This document shows, piece after piece, positions 38,593 through 51,004 of a stretch of DNA of 64,000 bases. Source of the stretch: Lama guanicoe (lineage: Eukaryota). The stretch is from the NCBI GenBank assembly GCA_013239625.1, contig MU053629.1, forward strand, positions 1,267,567 to 1,331,566, read 5' to 3'. The translations under genes were made by a program, and so were the position numbers. Below the pieces are notes generated by a model. That model was not told where the DNA came from. It worked only from the letters and a program-made list of their open reading frames with translations, and did not search any database. Each line of letters opens with the position of its first letter. Position 1 is the first letter of the stretch.

Positions 38593-40164
38593 ATGCATAG
38601 CTTTTGATACAGCCACACATTTGCCTCTTATACAGCTATAAGGATAGTTATGAAGCTTAAGTAGCAACACAGAGAAATGTTTATTGTGAATGAAATGTAA
38701 CTAACTTCAGGATAACATGCTTTATGATTCTAGCTCTGTAAAAATGTGCACAAATATACAAGATCTGGAAGGTATTGAAATAAAAATAGCTACCGTGTTT
38801 GGGAGGTGAATTAGTATTTTTAAATTTTTCTGTTTAGATATCATTTTGTCTTCAATTCAATAAATAAAGTATATCAGTTTAAAAAAAGAATCTTATCCCC
38901 AAATTTCCTCACTAGACAAGGAGAGCAGGAACCCTGCCTGTCCTGTTCAAGGTTATGTATCAAAGCACATGTCTGGCCCATGGTAGGTGCTCTGTAAATA
39001 TTTGTGGACTGACTGACCACTGCTGTCAGCCTCTCTAAACAGGGTTTAGTAAATCACTGCTAAAGACAACCTGCTTTTGCAAAGATGCCTTGGCCAGCAC
39101 CTTCACAGTCTCCAAAAGCAAAACCAGCTTCCTTTAGAAGCAGCTTTTCAAACCCCAGCACCTTTTCTCCACAGGAATTTCACTGGCATCACCTTAATGC
39201 CACCAGCAATGCCAGGGCCAGTCTAGGTGGGGAGAACCTCCCCCTCCTCCTGCAGCTTCACCCTGGGGGCAGATCCTCACAGGGACAAAGGGGGATCAGC
39301 TCGATCCCCAAAGTCATCTGGACACTAACTCTTTATACCAGAAGGTGGCAGCCTTCACACTCCCTTATGTGTAGAACCAGCCCCTCCCACGGCACTTTGA
39401 TAGTTCGTTATTCAAAGGGGGGCCATGGTGAGGGTGCGACAAGGGTGGCCAGGCCTCAGGCCAAGGTCAGGAACAGATGGAGGCAGTCAGTGCCTGCTAT
39501 GCCCGGGGCTGTGAGAGATGGCACCTCCCCCATGGTAAGTCTATATTTAGTTTTTTAAGGAATCTCCATACTGTTTTGGGAAATCAATGTCCAGAGAGGC
39601 TCAGAGACTGCCAAATTCTCAACCCCTGATAGAGTAACATTGCCCAGACGTGAGCCCAGCTCTCCTTACTCCAATGCCCACCCTCTTGCCAGTACACCAT
39701 GTGCCTCCCAGCTCCCCATCAACGGTAGTCTGTGAAAAAGTGGGCAAGGATGTTTCTAAAGCTTTGGTTAAAGACTTTTTAAATCATCATGTCAAATTTC
39801 AAAATTGATCACACCTTTGACCTTGAAACATCACTTTGGGTAATGCATTCCAAGGAAACAAAAATATGCAGTGTGTGTATATGTATATATATACATACAC
39901 ACATACACACACACACATATATAATGTAAATATATTTTTATGTATAATGAAATATTTTTAAAAGGTGCATACCTAGATGTTTAGAACTGAGCTTCATGTT
40001 GCAGTTAAAACTGGAGAAAGCGTAAGTGCCCGGCCGTGGGCAGAAGCTGGGAGGACTGTGTGTAGTCATTTTACTGACACTGGGAATGGTCATTGTGAAG
40101 ATTGGAGCCGATGTCCAGCTTGTCACGTGGGCACTGTCATACTGGTTGTTAAAATACTGAAACA

Positions 40165-41251
40165 GCTAAAGCAATAAAAGCAAAAATAAGCAGGTGGGAC
40201 TATGTCAAACTAAAATGCTTCTGCACAGCAAAGGAAACCATCAACAAACTGAAAAGGCAGCCTTCTGAATGGCAGAAGATATTTACAAATCATATATCTG
40301 ATAAGGGGTTAGTATCCAAAATAAACAACTCATACAACTTAACAGCAAAAATGTGAACAATCTGATTTTAAAACGGGCAGAAGATGTGGGAGGGTATAGC
40401 TCAGTGGTAGAGAGCATGCTTAGTATGCACAAGGTCCTGGGCTCAATTCCCAGTGCCTCCATTAAAAAATAATTTTAAAAAAATATGCTGTGCACCAGAA
40501 ATTGATAAAACATTGTAAACCGACTATATTTCAATAAAGAAGAATGCAAATAAATTTTTGAATAAATGAATAAACTTAATTACCTCCACCTCCCCCCCAC
40601 AAAAAAATGGGCAAAAGATCTGAGTAGACATTTTTCCAAAGAAGACATACAGATGGCTCCACATCACTAATCACTAGGGAAATGCAAGTCAAAATCGCAA
40701 TGAGCTATCACCTTAGATTAGAATGCTATTCTTGAAAAGACAAGAAATAAGTCTTGTCAAGGATGTGGAGGAAAGGGAACCCTAGTACACTGTTGGTAGG
40801 AATGTAAATTGGTGCAGCCACTGTGGGAAACAGTATGGAAGTTCCTCAGAAAATTAAAAGCAGAACTACTATGTGATCCAACAATTTCACTTCTGGGTAT
40901 ATGTCTGAAGAAAATGAAAACACCAACTTGAAAAGGTAGCTGCATTGTCATGTTTATTGCAACATTACTTACAATAGCCAAGACATGGAAACAACCCAAA
41001 TGTCCATCGATGGATGAATGAATAAAGAAGGTGTGGGATATATGTGTATATGTACATATATACATATATAATGGAGTGTTACTCAGTCATAAAAAAGAAT
41101 GAAAATATAAAACAAGTCATGGCGATGTTTTTTAGATTCCACGTATAAGTAAAATCATATGGTATTTGTCTTTCTCTGTCTGATATATTTCACTTAGCAT
41201 AATGCCCTCGAGGTCCACCCATGTTGTCCTAAATGGCAAGACTTCATTCTT
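40165..41251 (+). mobile_element. L1 ORF2-end fragment with nested SINE (40388-40606) and inverted 3' segment (41128-41251)
   Basis: cttctgcacagcaaaggaaacc and gccaagacatggaaacaacccaaatgtcc motifs; SINE TSD aa(c/t)gggca(g/a)aagat; terminal piece in opposite orientation. Confidence 0.9.
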
Positions 41252-41705
41252 AGAGCTTCTAAGAAACCACAGTCTATATTTGGTGAACTAGTGAATGAGA
41301 GACTTGAAAATATTATCAATTGTGCACTCAACAGCCTTTCTCCCTCATTCCTTCGTTAAAGAAAATTGCAGTTTTGTTCCCTACTCTTCTGACAACAGAC
41401 TGGGTGGTGGAGGTGCAAATCTAGATTCCTTGAGTCAGGCATAGCAGCTCATTCCTCTCACCAAGTGGAGGATTTGGCATCAGCTGGCCACATGGTTCTA
41501 GCTAGTGAGGCTGGGAAGATGTAGCCAGACTTTCTTTTCCCATCTAAAGGGACTGTGACAGGAATGTCCCCTTTGTTTCCTTTGAGGGTGTCTTGCTTAG
41601 AACTAAGGCAAAATCTTGCATGCCCAAAGGGAACGCTAAGAGAATTTCAAAGAGCACAAATCTCAGCCTGAGAGGGGTCACTTCTGGATTAAAAGAGACT
41701 AAGGG

Positions 41706-42143
41706 TTACTTCACTTAGAATGACATTCTCCAGGGACATATCATGTTGCTGCAAATGGCATTATGAAGTAAGCTAGAAAGAGAAAGAAAAATACCATATG
41801 AGATCACTCATATGTGGAATCTAAAAAAAAAAAAAAAACCAACATAAATACAAAACAGAAACAGACTAAGTGGACATAGAATAAAAACTTGTGGTTGCCA
41901 GGGGGGACAGGGGAGGGAAGGGACAGACTGGGAGTTCGAAATTTGTAGATACTGACAGGTATATATGGAATAGATAAACAAGATTATACTTTATAGCACA
42001 AGGAAATATATACAAGATCTTGTGGTAGCTCATGGTGAAAAAGTACGTGACAGTGAATATATGTATGTTCATGTATGATTGAAAAATTGTGCTCTGCACT
42101 GGAAATTGACACAACATTGTAAACTGACTATAACTCAATAAAA
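41706..42143 (+). mobile_element. Young L1 3' end with twin-priming 5' inversion
   Basis: 41706-41764 is the reverse complement of the L1 segment normally just upstream of 41764 (compare 22824-22881); TSD AAAAGA(G/C)ACTAAGGG at 41691-41705 and 42144-42158; TT/AAAA target. Confidence 0.92.
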
Positions 42144-43224
42144 AAAAGACACTAAGGGGACATAACAATCAAAAGTAACACATAATCCCTTTTTTGTTCT
42201 TCATGCTATTTGCATTTTTGAAGAGTCCAAGTGATTTGTCTTATAAAATGTGTCTTCATCTGTATTTATTTGTCTGCTGGCTTCCCCACTTTTAGATGCG
42301 GGTTAAACATTTTTGGCAAAACAAAACAAAAGTGTCTTCATGGGTCTCAAAAGACATGTGCCTGACCACGGGAAGTATATAGTGTCAGATTGTTCTGAGA
42401 TTAATGATGCTAAATGTGATCACTTGGTTAAAGTAGTGTTACCAAACCACTCCTGTAAAGATACTGTTTTTCTTTTTGTAATTTGTGGGGAGGTGTTTTG
42501 AGGCTGAATATTCTATTATCCCAATAAATTTAGTACCCACTGATTAAAAAAGAAAAAAAAAAGAAAAACGCCAAATCGTAGCCAGGACATCTTTGAACTG
42601 CCTCATTAATTAACCCTGGAGCTGCTCTGCTGCTACCGGCCTTGTTAATGTTCAAGCACTTTAGCTGGATTTGCTGGTCTTTGCAGAGTCCCACTAGAAC
42701 GCATGCTGTTTGCTCACTACTATATCTCTATGATCTGTAACACTGCCTGGTACACAGCAGGCCCACTGTAAATATTTGTAGAAAGGATAAATGAATCAAA
42801 AGCATCCTCACTGACGTAGGAGGGTGTTAACTTTTTTAGTGGTCTTGGTGTTAGGTTTTTCTGTTTCGGTAAAAAAAAAAATCCATTGAAAGCAACAACT
42901 GTTGTGGACTGTCTTTTGTCTCCAGGGCATATGTGTTATGGGAAGTGGCAGGTCTGGATTTGAATCTGGATCTGCTGCTCACCAGTCAAGTGCCCTTGGG
43001 CAAATTATTCATCTTCACTGAGCACACTAACCACCACCACTGCATTACAGGGTTGCTGGGAGGCTTAGATGAGAAGTGACCACAGGGCCAGGCACATGGG
43101 AGGGGCCCCTTGGTGTTTGTTTCTCACCTCCCTGTGTCTCCATATGCTCAGGTACCAGATGCCAGGAACGCTGAGTCTTTGACCTTGAGAAATCCTCATT
43201 CTCCAGTCAGACATATCAACAAAT

Positions 43225-43920
43225 CAACCAAGTGACCAATGTTAACACCACCAGAAATGGGACAGAGTGACATCATATACGTCCTGATATGCCACCCTGA
43301 GGTGAAGCCAGCATCCCCTCTGAGATACCCCGGCCAAGTGTGTACAGTGTGAACCCGTCGTGAGAAAACGTCAGACCACCTAAAATAAGGTACTTTCTTT
43401 TATAAAATAAGTGGCCTACACACTTCAAAATGTCAATTGCCATGAAAGACCAAAAAAAAAAAAAAAAAAGACCAAGGAATTGTTCTAGATTAAATAACAC
43501 TAAAGAGACATAATAACTAAACGTAATGATGATCTGGGAATTTTCTTTGCTATAAAGGACTTTATTGGGATAATTTGTGAAATCTGAATAAGATGTGTAT
43601 TAGGTAATAATTGGTATCAAAGGTAACTCCTAATTTTGATAATTAGTCTATGATTATGTAAGAGAGTGTCCTTGGTTTTAGAAATCATACACATTGAAGC
43701 AGTAGAAGGGTCTGATGTCTCCAAGTAACTCATAAATTGTTCAGAAAAAAATAAAATGATACATCCAGAGACAGAGACGGGGGAGGGGAGAAGATTAAGG
43801 CAAATGGGGGACCATGAATATTTAGGGAATCTGGGTGAAAGATGTATAAAAATTCTTTGTACTATGCTTGCAACTTCTCTTTAAGTTTGAGATTATGTCA
43901 AAAAAAAACATATAAAAACT
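43225..43920 (+). mobile_element. Old L1 (L1MC-like) 3' region
   Basis: gctataaaggactttattgggataatttgtgaaatctgaata...ttctttgtactatgcttgcaacttctctttaagtttgagattat. Confidence 0.8.
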
Positions 43921-45540
43921 TTGAAAGCAGTAGTAGAGCCATGTGCTGAGGGACACAAGGGATTTGTGATTGGAAAAGGGACTTGTAGGCCAAGTAAAGA
44001 CTTAGAAAAGTGCTCAGGCTGGGTGCTGGCGGGCCCATTTCACAGAAAGCTGCACTTGGGCAGGTTCTGGAAAGAGGTGTCAGAGTCCTCCAGGAAGACA
44101 ACAGGAGGAGAGGCCTTTCCATCAGCAGCCAGAAGTACAAAAGAGCAGGGCCCTGACGGGCCGGAGTCAGGTGCGGCCGAGGCGCTGTCTGTGGGCAGTA
44201 AAGCTGGATGATCGGGTTGAGGCCAAATTTCAGAGGACCTTGAATGCCCTGCCGAGGCATCCGGACTTTATCCTGTGAGCAGGGAGTGGGCAACAGGTGA
44301 TAAGATCTATGTTGGAGACAGTAGGGAGGATAAATGGAGCAGAGCAGGATGGGAGCCAGGCCACATGTGACCAGCCCAGCATTTGAGGAGTGAAAGAAGA
44401 TGCCAAGGGTCTGAATGACAGCCTTTTGGCCAGAAGGAGAAGGGCGATATTTACATCCCCACCGCCACCCCGGGAAGGCAAACTGGCACACCATTTTGGT
44501 GCTCTGATTCCAGTTTGATCTGCACTGCAGAGGGCACAGGACAGCTGACTCGCCAGCATGGGCGAGCCCCCAGCAGGCTCAGAGGGTGGAGCAGATGCAG
44601 GGTGTACAGACAGGGATGGGGGGCCACTAGCCAGCCCCTTGTAAAAGGCCTTTGCTAAATTCAGGGAACCACCCCCACTCCCTGTCCCAGCCAGTGTGGC
44701 CTCTTACAGCCCCCTCTGTGCCTGATTTCCCAAGATTCTAATGCGCTCCCCACGTGGCTGCTGTGGCTGGTTCTGCCACGCTTCCACCCCAGGAAGCTAA
44801 AGACCTGGCCACAAATTTGGTTCCTTTTATTGCACAACAGTTGGACGTTTTTCAGATCACATTGAGCCAATCCATTCATTCAACACTCAGCAAATATTTG
44901 CCTGGTGCTGCTGTGTGCTTAAGGGACTTGTCTAAGGAAAGGGAAGTGGGTAGGGCAGGAGAATGACTCGGTTATGTTGTGATGAGCGTGGTTTTTCTCC
45001 TTGAGATTTCACTCGGTGTATCCACGGTAGACAGAGATTCATTTCTCATCAAATTTGAAAGGAGTTGTTATCTCTAAGTCTTTCCTGGCTTAACGAGGAT
45101 ATAGCCAGGCGACAAATGGCATTCTGAATAGCATATTAAACTCTCGTGGAGCAAGATGATCCCCGTGTGACCGGATGACGGTCCTCAGATGCATCTCCAG
45201 TTGTTACTCACCCAGGGTCCTCTACACAGTCAGGGTGGTCCTGATGATAACGAGGGTGATGAGCACTAAGTGTGTGCGAAGCACTCCGCAAAAATGCTTT
45301 CGGGACATCGTCTCCAAATCTAGCCACTTAATCCTGCGAGGTGGAAATTTTACAGTTGAGGAAATCAGGGTTTGGAGAGGTTGATGGATTTGTCCGAGGC
45401 CACTAGGGCCAGGGCCAGGATCTGAACTCAGATCTTCTTGTCTCTAAAGCTTATGACCATTCCAGGGTCATGCCACCTCCCACCACTTCAAGATGCGAAG
45501 GAAGTTTCAAGTAAATGGATAAAAGCATTATCCCAAGGTG

Positions 45541-45697
45541 ACTGTTCTCAAACTTTAGAAAGAGTCAACGTCACCCAGAGGGCTTATTAGAACACCGGTG
45601 TGTGGGTCTGTATCGAGGTGTCTCGGGGGCGCCTTCTGGCAAACCCAGGTGATACTGATGCCTCCCGGTCCAGGGACCACTCACAGAACCACTGCCC
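45541..45697. mobile_element. MER5A-like hAT element
   Basis: ttctcaaacttt...ccaggtgatactgatgc...gaccactcacagaaccactg termini. Confidence 0.75.
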
Positions 45698-45991
45698 TGA
45701 GTGAGAGCAGGGAGCTGTCTCTACTGGCTCCCCTGGACCCTGCCTTTCTGTTCAGCTTGGCATCTCCAAAACCTCCCCATTTCTCCTGTCTGGAGAGGAG
45801 GGCCAAGGCAAGTGCCGCCTCCCTTCTCCCCTCCGTTTCCATGGCAGTCGGTGTGAGGCTGCAAAGCGCCGAGGTCCCGGGCAGAGCCCTTTGCTCCCTG
45901 TTCTGAGCAGACTGGTCCCCTTGTCCCCGTCCTCTCTCTCTCTGAGCCCCACGGTCATTCCCAGGCCCCCCCCAAGCTTTCTTTCGCTCAC

Positions 45992-46031
45992 TCGGCGCTC
46001 CTCTGGGGACTGATCCTGCTAGCACCTCCAT
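45992..46031 (-). other. Candidate first coding exon end (unverified): MEVLAGSVPRGAP plus phase-1 donor
   Basis: Strong Kozak AACCATGG, 13 codons, then GA|GTGAGC donor; moderately CpG-rich unique region with RFX X-box-like motifs at 45835-45848 and 46114-46126. Peptide not recognised. Confidence 0.25.
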
Positions 46032-46430
46032 GGTTAAGTGTGAAGAGCGAGCTCTGATCGCCTCCAGCACCCTCTCCTGATCTGGGGGACTCTGGCCGAG
46101 GAGGGAGAAATCTGTTCCAGGGCAACGTGGGACACGGAGGTTGTCTTTGTCGTCCTTGTTCCTCTGAGAAGATAAACCTTCTAGGAGCTTGGTAACCTTC
46201 CCAAGTTATAGTTTAACACAGGGACGTGTGCTTCAAAGGCTCATGAGCTTTTAGACTCGGAAGAGACAGCTGAAAAGAGGAAAGGAAGGAAATGAACACT
46301 TAGTATCTGCCATGTGTCAGCACAAGGCCAGAGGCTTAGCATGTGTCACAGTGTTTACTTTTCACAGTGACCCGATGACTTAGGGCGTGTGTGCTTTCGT
46401 CCCCATGCGCAGTGGCAAAAACTGACATTG

Positions 46431-46558
46431 ATAGAGCTCAAGTGCTGGAGCACATGCTTAGCATGCACAGGGTCCTGGGTTCAATCCCCAGTACCTCCTC
46501 TAAAAATAAATAAATAAACCTAGTTACCTACCCCTCAAAAAAGATTAAAAAAAAAAAA
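46431..46558 (+). mobile_element. tRNA-Ala-derived SINE, 5' degenerate, inserted in a MIR
   Basis: catgcttagcatgcacagggtcctgggttcaatccccagtacctcc; TSD aaaa(a/c)ctgacatt. Confidence 0.88.
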
Positions 46559-48255
46559 CCTGACATTCTAAGAAGCTCAGCAGCTGGCCATGGTCACACA
46601 GCCATTTAGTAGCTGAGCCAGGATCTGACTCCAGGTCTGCCCCTGCTCTTTCTGCCACCACTGACCCGTCACAATGTTGATTTCTCTCTAACTCTGAGAT
46701 GAATTGATTGAGCTTCAAGCCATACATAAGACCCAGAGCCTGGCTCACTAAGTCGGGGTCAGTCATGCAGTGGCCAGTGCCGGGAAAGCTGCCAGGGGGT
46801 GGCAGGAGGAGCTGAGGAAAGAGGCCAAGGTCAAGTGTTGGGTGAGCAGGTGGGAGGTGGCAAGAGTCTGGAAGAGCTGGTGGCCAGAGTGGCTGGGAGC
46901 AGGCACAGGCACACAGGATCGTAGGCGTCTCAAAGGAAGATGCCACAGCCAGCCGGGGCCTCAGCTCAGGCAAAATGAATGGCTGTGCTGTTCTGAAGAG
47001 CCAGGTGCCAGCCTTCCTGGCCAGGCTGTGGGTCTACGTGAAGGCACCTTCTGCCTGGCACGTCTGTCAGGTGCCTACTTTTGTGCCCAGTGTTGTGAGG
47101 TGTTGAAGCTACACTTTAAAAAAATAAATAAATAAAAGTATCCTGGTCATCAAAGAGCTCACAATGCAGGAAGAGGTGCAAGCCATTAACAAAATGAAGC
47201 CAGGTTTTTAATATGGTTTCATTATTTAAATTATTAATAATTGAAATTATGGTTGAATAATTTAGTGTAATTTTGGGGCTTTGTAGCTTAGAGCATGTAG
47301 TCACACACATACACACAGGGTGTCCGGGGCACTTCCGCAGGGCAGAGAGGAGGGGCTGTGCTCATCATTCTGCCCTTCCACGCCCCACGGGCCCTCGGCA
47401 CACCCAATGGGGTGCACAGAGGGGGGAGTCCTGACTGCCTCCCAGGGGATGGGTGAGGCTCCCCAAAAGTACAGTACTGAGCTGAGTTTGGAAGGATAGG
47501 TAGGCATTCTTTATGTAGAAAAAAAGGAGGAGGAGGTTACTGCTTTGCCATTTCTTTTCCCATGATTTCGTCACCGTAGGTCCTTTTGGCCTTAGCTGGG
47601 AGGGAGCCTTGAGGTGAGCCTCTCGGCCTCTTCCGTTTCGATCTGAAAGCCCTAACTCTTTTACATCCATCTTCCTGTGCCAGTTCCCTCCGAAAGAGCC
47701 AGAACATCTACAGTGCCGGCAGGCATGCATCTCAGGGGCTGGTGGGTGTGCTCTCAGCGGACTGGGCTGGCTCGGGGAGAAAAGTTAAGATCGATCCTTT
47801 CTCTCTCTCTGCTTTTCATTTTTCTTCCATGACTGTCTTCCTAGAGTCCATCCTGTAATGACCGTGACAGACCAGGGACAAATGAAGGAGGAGCCATCAA
47901 CCCTGCCTGTCATCTGTCCTTGTTAAGTCACTGAACGAAAATATTAGCTGGAATCAATGAAAAATTGAGCCTGAAGCTGGGACGGGGGTTGGGGGAGGGG
48001 GGAGATTTAAATGTGCCTCTTAACTAGTGAGAAAGTAAGTTCTGGGTTGGAATTCAGCAAAGTGGCTTCGCCCTAAGTAGCTAGGGGGGCCAGGAGCTGG
48101 GAGGACTCGTGTCAGAATCTCAAGAGGAAGCGATTAGCTGGGTGGGGAGGAGGGGGAAGGGGAAGCCTTCAGGCTACCAAATGGCCACTCAGCTCAGCAA
48201 GCGCTGAGAGGAGTTTTAGGATGAGGGGCGACCAGTCCTCTACCCCAAACAGACC

Positions 48256-48274
48256 TGGCTGCCCCCTGGCGTCC
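48256..48274 (-). promoter_or_regulatory. CTCF-like motif
   Basis: Minus strand GGACGCCAGGGGGCAGCC in a CpG-containing unique region. Confidence 0.45.
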
Positions 48275-51004
48275 TCCGTAGCGGGCCCGGCTGAACACTG
48301 CCCAAGCTTGTGCAGCTCCTGCGTAGGGACCGCCTCTTCAGGGGAGCCCTGACTGCAGCAGGTGGAGAGCCTGGCCCTCCGGCTCTCAGCAGTACCCAGG
48401 CAGGCTGTGGCCGGGAGCCAGATGGTGGTGACTCAGGCGAGGGAAGCCCCAGCAAATTTACTGCCAACCAGTTATGCAACCTCACCCTGTGATCGGCCAT
48501 CATTTGTCTCCTCCCAAACCCAGCCCGTCCTCACCCTCACCCCGTGTAGCCGCCAGCACAGAGTCTGTGCAGAGGCGGCAAGACCAGGAGGAGAAATGAT
48601 ACTTTACAAACTGCATGGTGACCGAGATTTTAACAACCAGGTTGAACTACAAGCCTGGAAAACCTTAAGGGGATTCAAATAAGTTGCTGACTCTGTGGCT
48701 AGGGAGGGAGCCGGGCCAAGAGGGGTTAATGTAATTATGGGAAGAAAGCTAGTTTCAAGTTGGCCAGCATGGGATGACTATAAAAACAAACCCATCTGAC
48801 TCACTTAATCCTCACAATAACCCTCGGGGTTATTTGGGTTTCTGCTTTATAATGGAGGTGAAATTCACACAAGATGGAATTAAGTATTACAATGTATACA
48901 AGTCAGGAGCATGTAGCTCATTCACCATGTTGTGCAACCGCCACTTTTAGCAAGTTCTAAAGCATTTTCATCACTCCTTGGTGTTGTTTTTAACGCCCTT
49001 GTTACGGATGAGCTACTGAGGCTTAGGAAGGTGAAGTGACTGATTCAAGTTCATTGATGGCAGAGACCAGACTTGAACCCACATCCTCTGACTCCCCTGG
49101 AGGGACATTGTCTTCAGGCTTTGGTCACAGCCTCTGAACTGACTTCCTGTCCTCTGGTCTCCCCTCCCACCAGTTGTCTTACACATAATTAGTAGATTCA
49201 TCTCCTACAGCCAGGCTCTGACAGTACCATTCCCCATCTCAGCCTCCCAAAGGGTCCTCATTAGCATCGAAATAAAGTCTGAGCTCCTTTATCCACTGTA
49301 ACCTTTATGTTGATGCAATCACCGAGCAACTTGTTTCTCTCCAGCTCATGGTTCATGGGAAATGCTCTTGCATCCTCACCCGGCAACCCTGGGACCAGAA
49401 GCTGATCCCAGCACAGTGCCTCTCCTATATCTCATCCATCAGCTGTCAGCCTCCCTGCATTTGCCCGTTAGACTTCTTAGGCAGGATCTGACACCAACCC
49501 TGGTTCTGAAAACTGTTAAGAAACACATATCAAGTTCTCTAAGTGCTGCCATTGGAGTTTCCCTCACTTGACTTGAGGGGAAAGACAAGAACCTTCTCTC
49601 TCTCCACTTTATTAGCTAAGTTATTTTAAAGTCAAATAATGGGTGCAAAGCAGATATAAAATGCTTTGATGCCACCATTTATGTGTTAGTTGAAAAGATA
49701 TTCCTGGTATTTTGCAAGATGCCAAAAGGTAAAAATCCTATATGTGGTATATAATTCTGTCTCAGAAAAACATCTATCTATATAGAGAGAGCACATATAT
49801 GTTTTGAACCCATGCGTATATTTGCATAAGAAAAAGGTCTGAGAAATATACCCCAGAATGTTAATTGCAGCCCTCTCTAGGTGACGTAATAGCGAGTGAC
49901 TTTACTTTTTCCCTTTTGCTTATCTTCATATTTGCTGTGCTTGGGATATAAAAACACGGCCTGTATGAGAAAAAGACTAAAGAAGAAAAGGGTTGTTGTA
50001 ATGCTCTGTTTACCCACCTCAACATGGCCTATATTACAACTAATTGTAATTTTACAGCTTATTACAGTATATTACAACTAATTGTATACATCTGCTTTTC
50101 CCTCACCTTGGGGACAGGGATGTCATCTCATTCATTATTGTCTTCTCCATGACACACTCAACAGTTATGAGCTAGCTGATGAGTGGACTCAGGCCCTTCT
50201 CTCTCTCTCTTCCCTATCCCGAGAGGCAGGGCTGATGTGAGTCCCTGATCCAAGCCCCTCAGCCCCCCTCCAGGAGGTCACTCTCCTGATAGTTCCCAGC
50301 CCTGGGTTCCTGAAGCTTCCTCCCAGGCAGTGGTGCCAGTGAGTCAAAGGCGTACGCAGCTACCTCATCAGTCTCCTTCCTGCACTAGGCCAGAGTCAGA
50401 GGGAGAACCAGCAGGGCTGTAGACCCAGAAACTCTCTTGTGTTTGTGGGTTTCTTCTCGATCTGATTTCCCTACTGGAAGGCGATGTTTCATTGCCGGTG
50501 CAACCAGGAGGGGAATCTGCACAGAGCAGCCTCCACCTTGACCTTAACTCTATTTTGTTAAACTCCCACTGGCTTCTGAGCTCACTTCACATTTGTGGTT
50601 GCGAGAATGTAAACATTCTTCAGTTCTGCTGGGGTTTTGCCTTCATCTTGTCTTGTCTGTCTTCATAAGGTCTGACTGACACGTAGAGTTTCTCCTGCAA
50701 TTTACTAGCTTAACTCACTTTATTTTTACCCACTAACCTTGAAATCTTTCACTCCTCCCACACTGTCTAGTGATCAATATTGCTCACTCAAAATAGATGA
50801 ATATGCATTTTCAATGTATTAAAAATGGGCCAGCATGTCAGAATTGGAAATTTCCAGTTGGGAGAAAGCTGGAGGGGACAGCTTAACTGGGTTTGTTTTG
50901 CCCTCTTGATTTGCATTTTTTCCTTGGTTTTCCTTTTCCAGCTCCATAGTGGCACAAACACATATGTTTCTAAACTACACTGGAGTGGCAGCTCTCGGTG
51001 GCGT

